Position numbers and translations under genes: made by a program
Source of the DNA: Spirochaetia bacterium
Lineage (GTDB): Bacteria; Spirochaetota; Spirochaetia; SP-2023
NCBI GenBank assembly: GCA_965263295.1
Contig: OZ253665.1
Coordinates: forward strand, 1,952,001 to 2,016,000
Direction of reading: 5' to 3'
DNA: 64,000 nt
The notes under the pieces: generated by a model
Seen by the model: the letters and a program-made list of their open reading frames with translations, nothing else
Databases searched by the model: none
Told to the model about the DNA's origin: nothing
Part shown: positions 1 to 9,838 of the stretch, one piece after another
Layout of the letters: each line of letters starts with the position of its first letter
Position numbering within the stretch: the stretch's first letter is position 1

Positions 1-265
1 GGCAATCCTGGCCAAACCGTTGACAGACCTAGGTGTCGACCCGGTGCACTTTGGCGTGGTCATGAGTATTAATGTCACAATCGGCTTGGCAACGCCGCCG
101 ATGGGCCTGGTGCTGTTTGTCGCTTCTAAGCTTTCTGGCGTTTCGTTTGAGAAAATCGCTTATGAAGCTCTGCCATTTATTTTGGTGGAAGTCGCTATTG
201 TATTTTTAATTTCTTTTTTCCCGGATATTGTCATGTTTTTACCCAGGTTGTTTGGCTTTGCATAA
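1..265 (+). CDS. TRAP transporter large permease (DctM family), C-terminal part, truncated by the window edge
   Basis: GVDPVHFGVVMSINVTIGLATPPMGLVLFV is the typical DctM C-terminal motif. Confidence 0.9.
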   Translation, partial: AILAKPLTDLGVDPVHFGVVMSINVTIGLATPPMGLVLFVASKLSGVSFEKIAYEALPFILVEVAIVFLISFFPDIVMFLPRLFGFA

Positions 266-301
266 GCCGATATTTTTAAGAATGTTTTTGGAGGTTTGAT
301 T

Positions 302-1159
302 ATGAAGCTTGGTTTTATTGGTTTGGGTATCATGGGAACTCCTATGAGTAAAAATATTAAGCTCAAGGGAAGCGATGTCGAACTCACTGTCTACAGCCGC
401 AGTACCCAGAGCAAGGATGAGCTGGAGCATATCGGGGCAAAGTTTGCCCGTTCCAGCAAGGAGCTGGTCCAGAATTCAGAAATTGTCTTCACAATGGTGC
501 CCACAGGGCAAGATGTCGCCAACCTGTACGAAGAATTCATGAGCGAAATTCGCCCCGACCAGATACTGGTGGATATGAGTACCATTGAACCATCCGTCTC
601 TATAGATTTGGCAAAGAAGGTTCAAGCGGCTGGAGCGCTCATGCTGGATGCTCCGGTGGTAAAGTCCAAGGCGGCTGCGATTGAAGGAACTTTGGGTATT
701 TACGTCGGCGGGGATGAGGCGGCCTACTTGAAGGTCAAGCCGCTGCTTGAATGTATGGGGAGTTCCATCATTTACATGGGGCAAAATGGCGCCGGTCTCG
801 TCATGAAGATTTGCCACAACATGCTCGTAGGTGAAATTCAGAATGGAGTGAATGAGATGATTACTTTGGCGCAGAAGTTTGGCATTTCGGTGCCCACTTT
901 TCGGGAGGCGATCAATGCCGGCGGCGGCAGCAACTTTTACTTGAACAGCAAGGCAGAAAACATCGCCGGCGAGAATTTCCCGACTGCGTTCTCGGTGCGC
1001 AATATGCACAAGGACGTCCACATCGCCCAGGAGTTGTCAAAATCCGTCGGCTTGGTATTGCCCGGCGCTGAAAATGTGGTAGAGGTTTACGAACGAGCTA
1101 TGGAACAGGGTCTGGGTGATTCGGACTTTTCGGCCTCATTTCTGGCCGTAAAAAAGTAG
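302..1159 (+). CDS. NAD(P)-dependent beta-hydroxyacid dehydrogenase/reductase (3-HIBADH/GarR/YihU family)
   Basis: GFIGLGIMG Rossmann motif, DAPV motif, catalytic K in MKICHNML; RBS GGAGG before ATG 302. Confidence 0.9.
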   Translation: MKLGFIGLGIMGTPMSKNIKLKGSDVELTVYSRSTQSKDELEHIGAKFARSSKELVQNSEIVFTMVPTGQDVANLYEEFMSEIRPDQILVDMSTIEPSVSIDLAKKVQAAGALMLDAPVVKSKAAAIEGTLGIYVGGDEAAYLKVKPLLECMGSSIIYMGQNGAGLVMKICHNMLVGEIQNGVNEMITLAQKFGISVPTFREAINAGGGSNFYLNSKAENIAGENFPTAFSVRNMHKDVHIAQELSKSVGLVLPGAENVVEVYERAMEQGLGDSDFSASFLAVKK

Positions 1160-1185
1160 TTAAAGATAGTTTTGGGGATCGCGGC

Positions 1186-2253
1186 ATGAACATCACCAAA
1201 GAGCCTTACGGCAAACTGTGGAATACAGAGGCCAGCCTCTATACCTTGACAAATTATCGGGAAAATTGCCGGGAAAATCATCGCGGCATACAGCTAAAAA
1301 TTAGCGATTATGGCGGTATTATAACCCATTTTTTTGTGCCGGATCGCAATGGGGTCGCGCGCGATATCGTCCTCGGCTTCGACAGTTTTGCCGAATACCT
1401 CTCTGGCCATCCGTTTTTTGGCGCTATCGCCGGGCGGTTTGCCAACCGCATCAACGGCGGACGCTTCGCCTTGAACGGCGTTCGCTACCAACTGGCGGCC
1501 CAGTCTGGCGGCAATCACCTGCACGGCGGCGTGCGCGGTTTCGACAAATACATTTGGGACAGCCACATTGAAAATCACCGTGACCGCGTGACGCTGGTAC
1601 TCAGGCATTGTTCTGCAGATGGCGACGAAGGCTACCCAGGCAACTTGCAGGCCGAGGTTCGCTATTCATTGTGCCAAGAGAATCGCTTACAGATTGCCTA
1701 TCGGGCGACGACAGATGAGCCCACCATTGTCAACCTGACGAACCACAGCTATTTCAATCTGACGGGAGACCCGCGGCGCGGCATTGAAGATCACAAGATC
1801 ATGATCAATGCCCAGCGTTTTGTCGCAGTAGACAATGCGCAGATTCCGACCGGGGAGCTGCCCGCAGTTGGCGGGACTTATCTCGACTGCCGCGAGCCGC
1901 GCGAGATGGGGGAAATGTTTGCCGCAGCTCCGCGCGGCATTGTCGATCATTGCTATGTATTGCAGGAACGAGCAGGTTTTCAAGTCGAGGCGGCACAGGT
2001 CGAGGCGGAAAGTAGTGGCATTCGAATGCTCGTCTCAACCGATAATGTCGGAATGCAGTTTTACAATGGCAATAAACTGGGCGAGCAGAAAAAAATTGGC
2101 AAGAATCAAGTGCCATATCCGAAATATGCGGGTTTCTGCCTGGAGACCCAGTGCTGGCCAGATGCCCCCAACCACGCTGGTTTCCCTTCTTGCGTCTTGT
2201 CCCCAGGCGAGAGCTACCGGCACAATGCCGAATTTCGCTTCACAAACTTTTAA
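1186..2253 (+). CDS. galM: aldose 1-epimerase (mutarotase, GalM family)
   Basis: GRFANRI, HLHGG, NLTNHSYFNL and GFCLETQ motifs. Confidence 0.9.
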   Translation: MNITKEPYGKLWNTEASLYTLTNYRENCRENHRGIQLKISDYGGIITHFFVPDRNGVARDIVLGFDSFAEYLSGHPFFGAIAGRFANRINGGRFALNGVRYQLAAQSGGNHLHGGVRGFDKYIWDSHIENHRDRVTLVLRHCSADGDEGYPGNLQAEVRYSLCQENRLQIAYRATTDEPTIVNLTNHSYFNLTGDPRRGIEDHKIMINAQRFVAVDNAQIPTGELPAVGGTYLDCREPREMGEMFAAAPRGIVDHCYVLQERAGFQVEAAQVEAESSGIRMLVSTDNVGMQFYNGNKLGEQKKIGKNQVPYPKYAGFCLETQCWPDAPNHAGFPSCVLSPGESYRHNAEFRFTNF

Positions 2254-2337
2254 TTAGATTTGCCGTCGAGAACTGCAGTTTACGGCGGCGACCCAATACT
2301 AAAAATGGACTAAAAATGGACCCAAAATGGACCCAAA

Positions 2338-3687
2338 ATGGAGAATATAATGCTTCCAAAGATTGGTATCCTGGCCTTGGCACGGGATACTTTTGATGTG
2401 CCCTTCGCGCGGGAAATACACAGTCAGTGCTTGGCGGAACTGCGAAAGCTGTCTATTGAGATTGTGGGCGGCAGCGAACTGCTGTTTGATGCCGCTGCTA
2501 CGCAGCAGGCTCTCAATGAGGTCAACGCCAGCCGGCCGGACTTGTTGGCCATATTGCAGGTGACCTTCACCGATTCAAGTATGACCTCTAAAATTGCAGA
2601 ACAGACCGAAATACCCCTGTTGCTCTGGTCTTTTCCCGAGGAGCGCACTGGCGGGCGCCTGCGGCTCAACTCGTTTTGTGGCATAAACTTGGCCGCACAT
2701 ACCCTGAGCCGCAAAGGCAGGCCGTATCACTACCTCCACGGCCTGGCGAGCGAGCCGCAAGTCCAGAATAAATTTCTCGCCTTGGTGCGGGCGGCACACG
2801 CGCGTTCAAGATTTCACAACGCGACAATGCTTGTGATAGGAGAATTTCCCGAAGGCTTTGATGCCTGTGATTATGACCCCGCAGAGGTGAAAGAGACCTT
2901 TGGCCTAGAATTTCACAATATGCCTGTCTCCCGCTTCATTCAAGAGGCGCGGCAGGTTCCCGAAGCAGTGGCTGCTGCACATCTGGAGGAGCGCAAAAAA
3001 GTTTTAGGGAAGCTGGAACAACTGGAACAGGAACCCTTGCTCAATACCATGAGGGTCTATCATAGACTGGATGAGTTAGTGAAGGAGAAAAACGCGATAG
3101 GCGCCGCCGTCCGCTGTTGGCCGCAGTTTTTTACCGAATGGGGCACGGCGGCTTGCGGGGCGCTGGCCATGATGGGTGAACAAAAAATCCCATGTGGCTG
3201 TGAAGCCGATGTGTATGGAGTTCTGACCGCCAAACTTCTGGCCTTGATTTCCGGTGGTGCGGCCGTCTTTAACACCGATCTTGTGGACTTGGATTTTGCG
3301 AGCAATACTTGCGTTTTCTGGCATTGCGGCCAAGCCCCAGTTCAGATGGCGGATCCTGAAATCCCGCCAGTTGGAACGATCCATACCAACCGCAAGCTGC
3401 CTTTGCTCAGTCAGTTTCCACTCAAGCCCGGACAAATAACCCTGGCGCGCCTGAGCCGGGGAGGGGGGGAGCTCAAGCTGGTTCTGGGACAGGCCGAAAT
3501 GTTGAAGGCCCCCTTGGCCTATGCCGGCACTTCTGGTGTCGCGCGTTTTCCGCGTCCGCTGGAGCAAGTTGTCGATACCTTGATGAATTGCGGCCTGGAA
3601 CACCATACAGCCATTGTCTACGGAGATTACTTGGCAGAATTGAAGGCTTTTGCCCAATTACTGAGTATTCAAACTGTAGAGTTGTAA
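2338..3687 (+). CDS. L-fucose/L-arabinose isomerase-family sugar isomerase (possibly SqvD/SftI-like)
   Basis: RLRLNSFCG, AVRCWPQFF, CEADVYG, WHCG and GLEHH motifs. Confidence 0.8.
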   Translation: MENIMLPKIGILALARDTFDVPFAREIHSQCLAELRKLSIEIVGGSELLFDAAATQQALNEVNASRPDLLAILQVTFTDSSMTSKIAEQTEIPLLLWSFPEERTGGRLRLNSFCGINLAAHTLSRKGRPYHYLHGLASEPQVQNKFLALVRAAHARSRFHNATMLVIGEFPEGFDACDYDPAEVKETFGLEFHNMPVSRFIQEARQVPEAVAAAHLEERKKVLGKLEQLEQEPLLNTMRVYHRLDELVKEKNAIGAAVRCWPQFFTEWGTAACGALAMMGEQKIPCGCEADVYGVLTAKLLALISGGAAVFNTDLVDLDFASNTCVFWHCGQAPVQMADPEIPPVGTIHTNRKLPLLSQFPLKPGQITLARLSRGGGELKLVLGQAEMLKAPLAYAGTSGVARFPRPLEQVVDTLMNCGLEHHTAIVYGDYLAELKAFAQLLSIQTVEL

Positions 3688-3694
3688 CGGGATT

Positions 3695-4456
3695 ATGTTC
3701 AGCTCTATACTGGCCTTTTCCGGAATATTCTTGCTGGGTAGCTTTGTCCAGAGTCTTACTGGGTTTGGCCTGTCCCTGGTCTCTGTGTCCCTGCTTTCGA
3801 TGCTGCTTGACCCTAAGCTTGCTGTCCCACTGGCGGCTGTCTACGGTTGCTTCGTCACTGTGCCGCTGGTGATACGCATGTGGCCGAATGTTCGCCACAA
3901 AGAGGCGTTATGCTTAGCCATATGTGCCCTCCCCGGTGCATATCTAGGGGCTGCCACTCTAAAAAATTTGCAATCTGCCTACATTCTGCTATTTATGGGG
4001 GCACTTCTGGTCGTCTCCAGTGTTTATTCCCTGGCATTTAAGCCGGTTCGGTTTGGCATTGACAATCCCGTTCTCAATGCCAGCGCCAATGGTGCGATCG
4101 GTTTTCTCGCGGGAGCGCTGGGAGCTGCCGTGGGAGGCTCTGGCCCCCCCGTTATCCTTTGGCTTTCCGCGCGTCCATGGCAAGCCCGAGAAATTAAGGC
4201 GACCCTGTCTTTTTTCTTTATGATGCAAGCGATTGGCGCCATTATCGTCTTTGCGTTCGACAAGCTGTTAAACATGGAGCTGCTGCGACTCGGGCTGTAT
4301 GCCCTGCCCGGCCTTGTAGTGGGAACAGTCGCCGGGATACTCACTTTTGATTATCTGCACAAGAAGAAGCTGGACTACCATAAAATTGTCCATGCATTGC
4401 TTGTCGTAATTGGCATCAGGTTGATTTGGCGCAGTGTGGTGGAAATTCAAGTCTGA
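3695..4456 (+). CDS. TauE/SafE-family sulfite/sulfonate exporter
   Basis: VQSLTGFG and GALGAAVGGSGPP motifs, about 8 hydrophobic segments. Confidence 0.85.
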   Translation: MFSSILAFSGIFLLGSFVQSLTGFGLSLVSVSLLSMLLDPKLAVPLAAVYGCFVTVPLVIRMWPNVRHKEALCLAICALPGAYLGAATLKNLQSAYILLFMGALLVVSSVYSLAFKPVRFGIDNPVLNASANGAIGFLAGALGAAVGGSGPPVILWLSARPWQAREIKATLSFFFMMQAIGAIIVFAFDKLLNMELLRLGLYALPGLVVGTVAGILTFDYLHKKKLDYHKIVHALLVVIGIRLIWRSVVEIQV

Positions 4457-4655
4457 AGACTCTTGTTTAAACTCTTGAAAGTCAAACCTTTCTTGCCTCC
4501 CGTTGTCCTTCCGCCCCTTTTAAATCTTTCCCCTGCCTAAATTTCGTGACTTTTCGCAGTCTTCGTGCCTTTCGTGGTTCCCTCTCATGGGTTCCCGGCC
4601 CGATAACCACGAAAAACACAAAAAAAAGCCCCTCTGTCTTGCAACAGGAGGCGGC
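4071..4655 (+). repeat. direct repeat copy 1 (3' half of the TauE gene plus downstream DNA)
   Basis: near-identical to 5676-6247. Confidence 0.95.
4536..4636. repeat. CACGAAA/TTTCGTG element (right arm followed by a truncated left arm)
   Basis: CCTAAATTTCGTG..TTTCG..CTTCGTG..TTTCGTGGTTCC then GGCCcgaTAACCACGAAA. Confidence 0.85.
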
Positions 4656-4673
4656 ATACTCAAGCTAAAATAA

Positions 4674-4887
4674 ACAAAAATTCATTGGCGAAATCCAAGT
4701 CATATTTCTTTCATAATTGTCGGTTTTAAAACGCTATATTTAACAATTGTAAGGTGCAATATTAAAAATATCGCCATTTCAATGCTTGGTTGCGGTAAAG
4801 GTGGTCTTGATTGGTCAAAAGTTCGTGAGTATACTATGGAAAGAATTTGAAAATATGGGAAATGTAAAAATTATTGTATGCGAATGA
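4674..4887 (+). pseudogene. macrodomain (DarG/Poa1p-like ADP-ribose hydrolase) relic, 5'-truncated and frameshifted
   Basis: hand translation TKIHWRNPS...IKNIAISMLGCGKGGLDWSKVR, then after a frameshift ILWKEFENMGNVKIIVCE*. Confidence 0.75.
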
Positions 4888-4946
4888 TTAAAAATTGAAA
4901 ATACGATATGAAATCTTAATATTGTTTTAATAAAGGAAAGCTTTTC

Positions 4947-5366
4947 ATGAATAAAAATGACATTATGGTTGAGAAATTTAATTCTTACAAAAAAGACAAG
5001 GAATCCAAAGAAATTCACCTTCCAAAAGTGTGGGATTCTTGGTTATTGGCTTACGATAACCGAAAAAGGTACGGTTTCATGCACAACGTTGAATTTCACA
5101 AACTCTGTCGTGAAAGTCGTCAACTTCGGATTGAAGAACTTGAAGAAATTACCGACGAATACCTGAAATCTTCACTTGAAAGTATACTGGAGACAGAAAA
5201 CAGGGTTATGGTGGAGTTAGATAGACGAAATAACGATTTCAAACAAGACTCCGAAGATTCTAAGACTTTAAACGACGAATCTTTAACGGATGATACATAT
5301 TTGGTGAAACTTTCTGAAAGTTTCTTTCACAATTACAGCGAAATTCTTTCAATGATCGATTTTTAA
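4947..5366 (+). CDS. hypothetical protein in the AT-rich insert
   Basis: 139-aa ORF, AT-rich, GGA-containing RBS candidate upstream. Confidence 0.55.
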   Translation: MNKNDIMVEKFNSYKKDKESKEIHLPKVWDSWLLAYDNRKRYGFMHNVEFHKLCRESRQLRIEELEEITDEYLKSSLESILETENRVMVELDRRNNDFKQDSEDSKTLNDESLTDDTYLVKLSESFFHNYSEILSMIDF

Positions 5367-5675
5367 GTTATAAATCGATCATTTTATTGTGAATTATGAA
5401 TGAAAATATGCATTCTACAATCTTGGATATATTATGACGATATTCACGGGTCTATAAAATATTTTTAAGGGTCTTATACTATGAAGAAAGAATATTCCAA
5501 CGATAAAAATAATTTTATCAAAGGTGTATACCCACCAAGTATTGAAGATTTGGGAAAATCGAGAAACGATTAAAATATTCAAGTCATAAAGATGGTTTTT
5601 TCAATGAAAAATCGTTAAGATGGTAAAAGATATTAAATTTTAACAATACTTGACGAAATACCCACACGCATTCAA

Positions 5676-6247
5676 TTCTCAATGCCAGTGCCAATGGTGC
5701 GATCGGTTTTCTCGCGGGAGCGCTGGGAGGCTCAGGCCCCCCGTTATCCTTTGGCTTTCCGCGCGTCCATGGCAAGCCCGAGAAATTAAGGCGACCCTCT
5801 CTTTTTTCTTTATGATGCAAGCGATTGGCGCCATTATCGTCTTTGCGTTCGACAAGCTGTTAAACATGGAGCTGCTGCGACTCGGGCTGTATGCTCTGCC
5901 CGGCTTTGTCGTGGGAACAGTCGCCGGGATACTCACTTTTGATTATCTGCACAAGAAGAAGCTGGACTACCATAAAATTGTCCATGCATTGCTTGTCGTA
6001 ATTGGCATCAGGTTGATTTGGCGTAGTGTGGTGGAAATTCAGGTCTGAAGACTCTTGTTTAAACTCTTGAAAGTCAAACCTTTCTTGCCTCCCGTTGTCC
6101 TTCCGCCCCTTTTAAATCTTTCCCCTGCCTAAATTTCGTGACTTTTCGCAGTCTTCGTGCCTTTCGTGGTTCCCTCTCATGGGTTCCCGGCCCGATAACC
6201 ACGAAAAACACAAAAAAAAGCCCCTCTGTCTTGCAACAGGAGGCGGC
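5676..6247 (+). repeat. direct repeat copy 2 (TauE 3' pseudogene fragment to 6048, plus repeat element 6128-6228)
   Basis: matches 4071-4655 with a 12-bp deletion, a 1-bp deletion and 8 substitutions. Confidence 0.95.
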
Positions 6248-6286
6248 CGCAACCAGAGAAAGCTCAGTATCCAGCTGAATATTTAG

Positions 6287-7630
6287 TTATGGATTCTTAC
6301 ATGTATTTTTTGAATTCGGAGCATCACATGCCGTGATGGTGATTTCTTTCTTACCATAGAAATAGATATCCTTCTGCTCATTCCCCTTCCAAAGACAGAC
6401 CTCAACTTTAATCCTACCATTATCAACTTTGATATCACCACCACTAGCATCTGCAGAAACAAAATATGATAGACTTTTGTCGTTCGGCCATTGAGGGTGG
6501 TGTCCATCCTCATCCAATAATGGCATGACTATTATACCATTACTCAGGGTAGAAGGGACCGTATAACCCAATTCTTCATGGCTAAAAACTGGAATTTGTT
6601 TACCATTGCGCGTAACATGCAATGGTTGCTGATTTTTGTTAAGTTGCTCAAGTTCTGTAATGGTCTTTGATGATCGGGCATCTGTAAATTTTTCTAGATC
6701 GGGCTGAAAGTTGAAGTAATATACAAGCTCTATGTCTTTTTGTTTTGTAGCACCATCTACACTTACCGCTGCAGTTAAACAAATGTGATCTGTCCCATCG
6801 TCTCGCTGATCAAGCATAGACTTGACTGTAAAACTTAGTGTTGTTGTTGGATCAAGAGATGCTCCAGACTGTACAAAAAATATAGACTCCGGATATCCCA
6901 AGTCTGACAATGGAACAGTAGCATTTGGCTTCACAGAGCGCAAAGCGCTTGGACTTTGGTTAAGTCCTGTGTTTCCTTCAACTGTATTTTTTAGCTTGTC
7001 CAATTCACTTTGGGCTTTGGCCTCGGCTTTGGCTTTGGCCTCCGCTTTAGCTTTGGCCTCGGCTTTAGCTTTGGCCTCAGCTTTAGCTTTGGCCTCGGCT
7101 TTAGCTTTGGCCTCGGCCTTGGCTTTGGCCTCGGCTTTAGCTTTGGCCTCGGCCTTGGCTTTGGCCTCAGCTTTAGCTTTGGCCTCGGCTCTTTTTCGAA
7201 GTTCCAAAGACCCGGTCACTGTGAATCTCAAGCTGCCGCCGCTGGGACTGGTGAATACCAGCTCAATGCTTTCACCATTATCAATATTTTGATCAATACT
7301 TTCACCATTAGCCAGAATTTCACCTCTTGGGCCAACAACTGACAGTTCTGAAATTTTCGCGGTCGCGGATTCGCTCTTAAACATGTCTTTGATTGCGGAA
7401 ATCTTGGTATCGGCGCTCACTCTCGATTCAAAACCATCACTTATGGCAGTCCCACTAGGCAGAAAGGCATTGTTGGAATCGGAAAGAGTGTCTGGCAAAG
7501 CGACTTTAACTGTCGGTACCTTGGGGATATCGCCGCCATCATTGTGGGAGAAAGTCGAAAAATTAGACATCCGGCATTGGCATAATGCCAGACCCAACAA
7601 GATGAGCGACAGAGAAAGCAGTAATTTCAT
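6287..7630 (-). CDS. putative secreted protein or lipoprotein with an AEAKAK repeat linker
   Basis: signal peptide [28 protein letters not shown], 447-aa ORF. Confidence 0.75.
   Translation of the reverse strand: MKLLLSLSLILLGLALCQCRMSNFSTFSHNDGGDIPKVPTVKVALPDTLSDSNNAFLPSGTAISDGFESRVSADTKISAIKDMFKSESATAKISELSVVGPRGEILANGESIDQNIDNGESIELVFTSPSGGSLRFTVTGSLELRKRAEAKAKAEAKAKAEAKAKAEAKAKAEAKAKAEAKAKAEAKAKAEAKAKAEAKAKAEAKAQSELDKLKNTVEGNTGLNQSPSALRSVKPNATVPLSDLGYPESIFFVQSGASLDPTTTLSFTVKSMLDQRDDGTDHICLTAAVSVDGATKQKDIELVYYFNFQPDLEKFTDARSSKTITELEQLNKNQQPLHVTRNGKQIPVFSHEELGYTVPSTLSNGIIVMPLLDEDGHHPQWPNDKSLSYFVSADASGGDIKVDNGRIKVEVCLWKGNEQKDIYFYGKKEITITACDAPNSKNTCKNP
7010..7189 (-). repeat. 18-bp coding tandem repeat x10 (AEAKAK)
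   Basis: GCCGAGGCCAAAGCTAAA-type units read directly. Confidence 0.95.
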
Positions 7631-7740
7631 AGTCTAAAGACTCCTCAATGCAAGTTCTCTAATCAATTATAGGCCAGGCGAGTGCTCAAGTACAAGCCGA
7701 AAGCGCTTCCCGTAGTTCATTTTTTGCCTTGTTTGCCCTC

Positions 7741-7929
7741 CGTGCCACCCGTGGTTCCCTTTGAGTCTCTGGCCGAGTAACCACGAAATACACAAAAAAA
7801 GTACGAAACAACACGAAAAATTCTAAAAATTCTAAAGCCCCTCTGCCTGAACGCCCCCGTCGTTTCTCCCACAGCTCCCCAGCCTAAATTTCGTGTCCTT
7901 TCGCTGTCTTCGTGGCTTTTTGTGGTTCC
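7741..7929. repeat. CACGAAA/TTTCGTG element, complete left and right arms
   Basis: GGCCgagTAACCACGAAATACAC...CCTAAATTTCGTG...GTGGTTCC, abutting the pepA stop codon. Confidence 0.9.
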
Positions 7930-9546
7930 TCATCCCAAACAGGCTTGCGCATACTGCCGCACGAAGCTGGCCAACAGGCGCACGCCGGCACTACGCGAGC
8001 TCTCGCCCAACGAAGGATGTTCCTCCAGGCTGGACCATCCCGCGAGATCCAGATGGACCCAAGCGTGCCGGCAAGCGTCTGTCACTTGCGCGCCGCCCTC
8101 GCCATCCTCACTTTCTGGGAAGGCAAACTTTTGCAGAAATAAGGCCGCCGTCAGGGAACCTCCACCCATGGAACTCTTGGTCGAAATATTCGACATATCG
8201 GCCAATTTGCTGTCAAGAAAGCCGGCATAAGGTTGAAACAAAGGCATGCGCCAGACCTCTTCGCCGGTATCGCGGGCGGCCTGAGCCAATAGAGAGGCCA
8301 CTTGATCGTCATTGCTGTAAAAAGCGGCGCACTGCTCTCCCAGGGCCACGATGGCCGCTCCCGTCAAGGTGGCGCAATCCAGCAACAATTTGGGTTTTTG
8401 CCGCACGGCGTGGTAGATGGCATCGGCGAGAATCAGGCGCCCTTCGGCGTCCGTGTTGTTAATCTCCACAGTCGGTCCCATGGCGGACTTAATAATGTCG
8501 CCGGTCTTGATGGCATTACAACCTATCTCATTTTCCACCAAAGGTATATATGCCTTGAGATTGGCCTTCAGGCCAGAGCTGGCCAAATAATGGAAGGCCC
8601 CATAGACAATGCCGGCCCCCATCATGTCGTATTGCATGCCTTTTAAGCCGGCACTGCTTTTTAGGTTCGTTCCACCAGTATCAAAACAAACGCCCTTGCC
8701 CACCATGGCAATGTGCTGGCTGCTGGAACTGTCGCCTCGGTAGTCCAGAAGCAGCAGGCGCGATTCGCGTGGGCTGCCACGCCCTACCGCCAAGAGCAAG
8801 TTCATGCCTTCCTTTCGCAACCGGGACTCCCCCCAAATTTCCGCGCTTACTTCTGGCAACTTGCCCGCCTCCGCGGCGGCAAAATCGCTAAAGAATTCTG
8901 GGGTACAAATATTGGCCGGACTGAGAACCAGCTTTAAGGTCTGCCGCGCCGCGGCGATCTGATGCTCCAAGTCTTTCAGCACAGTTTGCAATTCGGTCGC
9001 TTTTCCGCGTTCGGCCGCGGGGACAATAAGCTGCAGCTGAACTTCTACGGCGTCGTCTTGTGGCTTCTTCAGTTCCAAAAACTGATGAGAACCAAACCAC
9101 AAACCTTCCAAGACGAGGCGAAACTGCTCCAGGCTGAGCCCCGGAATTACGGGCAAAGCCGCCTCTTCCCAGCGCTGCTTACGGATGGCCGCCGCCAAGG
9201 ATTTGCCCCACTGCAGCAGGGCCGCGCTTTCATTGCCCAACTCTTTGGTTTTGGCGCCCAGGCGAATATTACTCAGGTGCACAGGCAAGGCGCTCTCGTT
9301 GTCCAAACCGCTGGCCAGAGCGCTCAAATCTTGCTGCTTGCCTTTCAAAGCCGTTTCTTGCTCCAGAAAATGAGCCAGCACCTGCTGTATGCCCGCCCGC
9401 CAGGGTTCCGTTCCCGCGATCCCGGCAAGATCGGGAAATTCTTGACCAGACGGCTTGGCCAAGATCAAGCCACCCTTGACTCCCTTAGTTCCCTGGGCTC
9501 TTTTGTCGGTGGCTAGCTTCAAGCTATCGTTGATAATGAAGGTCAT
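7930..9546 (-). CDS. pepA: M17 leucyl aminopeptidase
   Basis: VGKGVCFDTGG, NTDAEGRL and ATLTGA motifs. Confidence 0.92.
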   Translation of the reverse strand: MTFIINDSLKLATDKRAQGTKGVKGGLILAKPSGQEFPDLAGIAGTEPWRAGIQQVLAHFLEQETALKGKQQDLSALASGLDNESALPVHLSNIRLGAKTKELGNESAALLQWGKSLAAAIRKQRWEEAALPVIPGLSLEQFRLVLEGLWFGSHQFLELKKPQDDAVEVQLQLIVPAAERGKATELQTVLKDLEHQIAAARQTLKLVLSPANICTPEFFSDFAAAEAGKLPEVSAEIWGESRLRKEGMNLLLAVGRGSPRESRLLLLDYRGDSSSSQHIAMVGKGVCFDTGGTNLKSSAGLKGMQYDMMGAGIVYGAFHYLASSGLKANLKAYIPLVENEIGCNAIKTGDIIKSAMGPTVEINNTDAEGRLILADAIYHAVRQKPKLLLDCATLTGAAIVALGEQCAAFYSNDDQVASLLAQAARDTGEEVWRMPLFQPYAGFLDSKLADMSNISTKSSMGGGSLTAALFLQKFAFPESEDGEGGAQVTDACRHAWVHLDLAGWSSLEEHPSLGESSRSAGVRLLASFVRQYAQACLG

Positions 9547-9725
9547 GCTTAACTCCTCGTGATTATTTTGTATTATGATAAAGAAAACAAATACCGAGAG
9601 CCAATATCGAGAGCCGATATCGAGAGCCGATATCGAGAGCTAAGCGGCGATCGCGCAAGCGCCAGCCAGAATTATTGTCGGCACGGACGGGCTCTTTTGG
9701 GTGGGTTCTATGTCATGGGTGCACT

Positions 9726-9815
9726 GGCCCCGTAACCACGAAAAACACTAAAAAACACGAAAATGCTAAAACACCGCGCCTCCCGCTTGAACGCCTTTCA
9801 CTGCTCCCGTCATCC
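9726..9815. repeat. CACGAAA element, left arm only
   Basis: GGCCccgTAACCACGAAAAACACTAAAAAACACGAAAA. Confidence 0.8.
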
Positions 9816-9838
9816 ATTATTTTACAGGAATTTTGCGC

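Noticed and set aside
5650..6048. Second functional TauE gene
   Set aside because: Lacks the 5' half and has a frameshift; the N-terminus is read from another frame
6822..7342. ORFs with ALASAL or GFGL repeats
   Set aside because: Antisense shadows of the AEAKAK repeat
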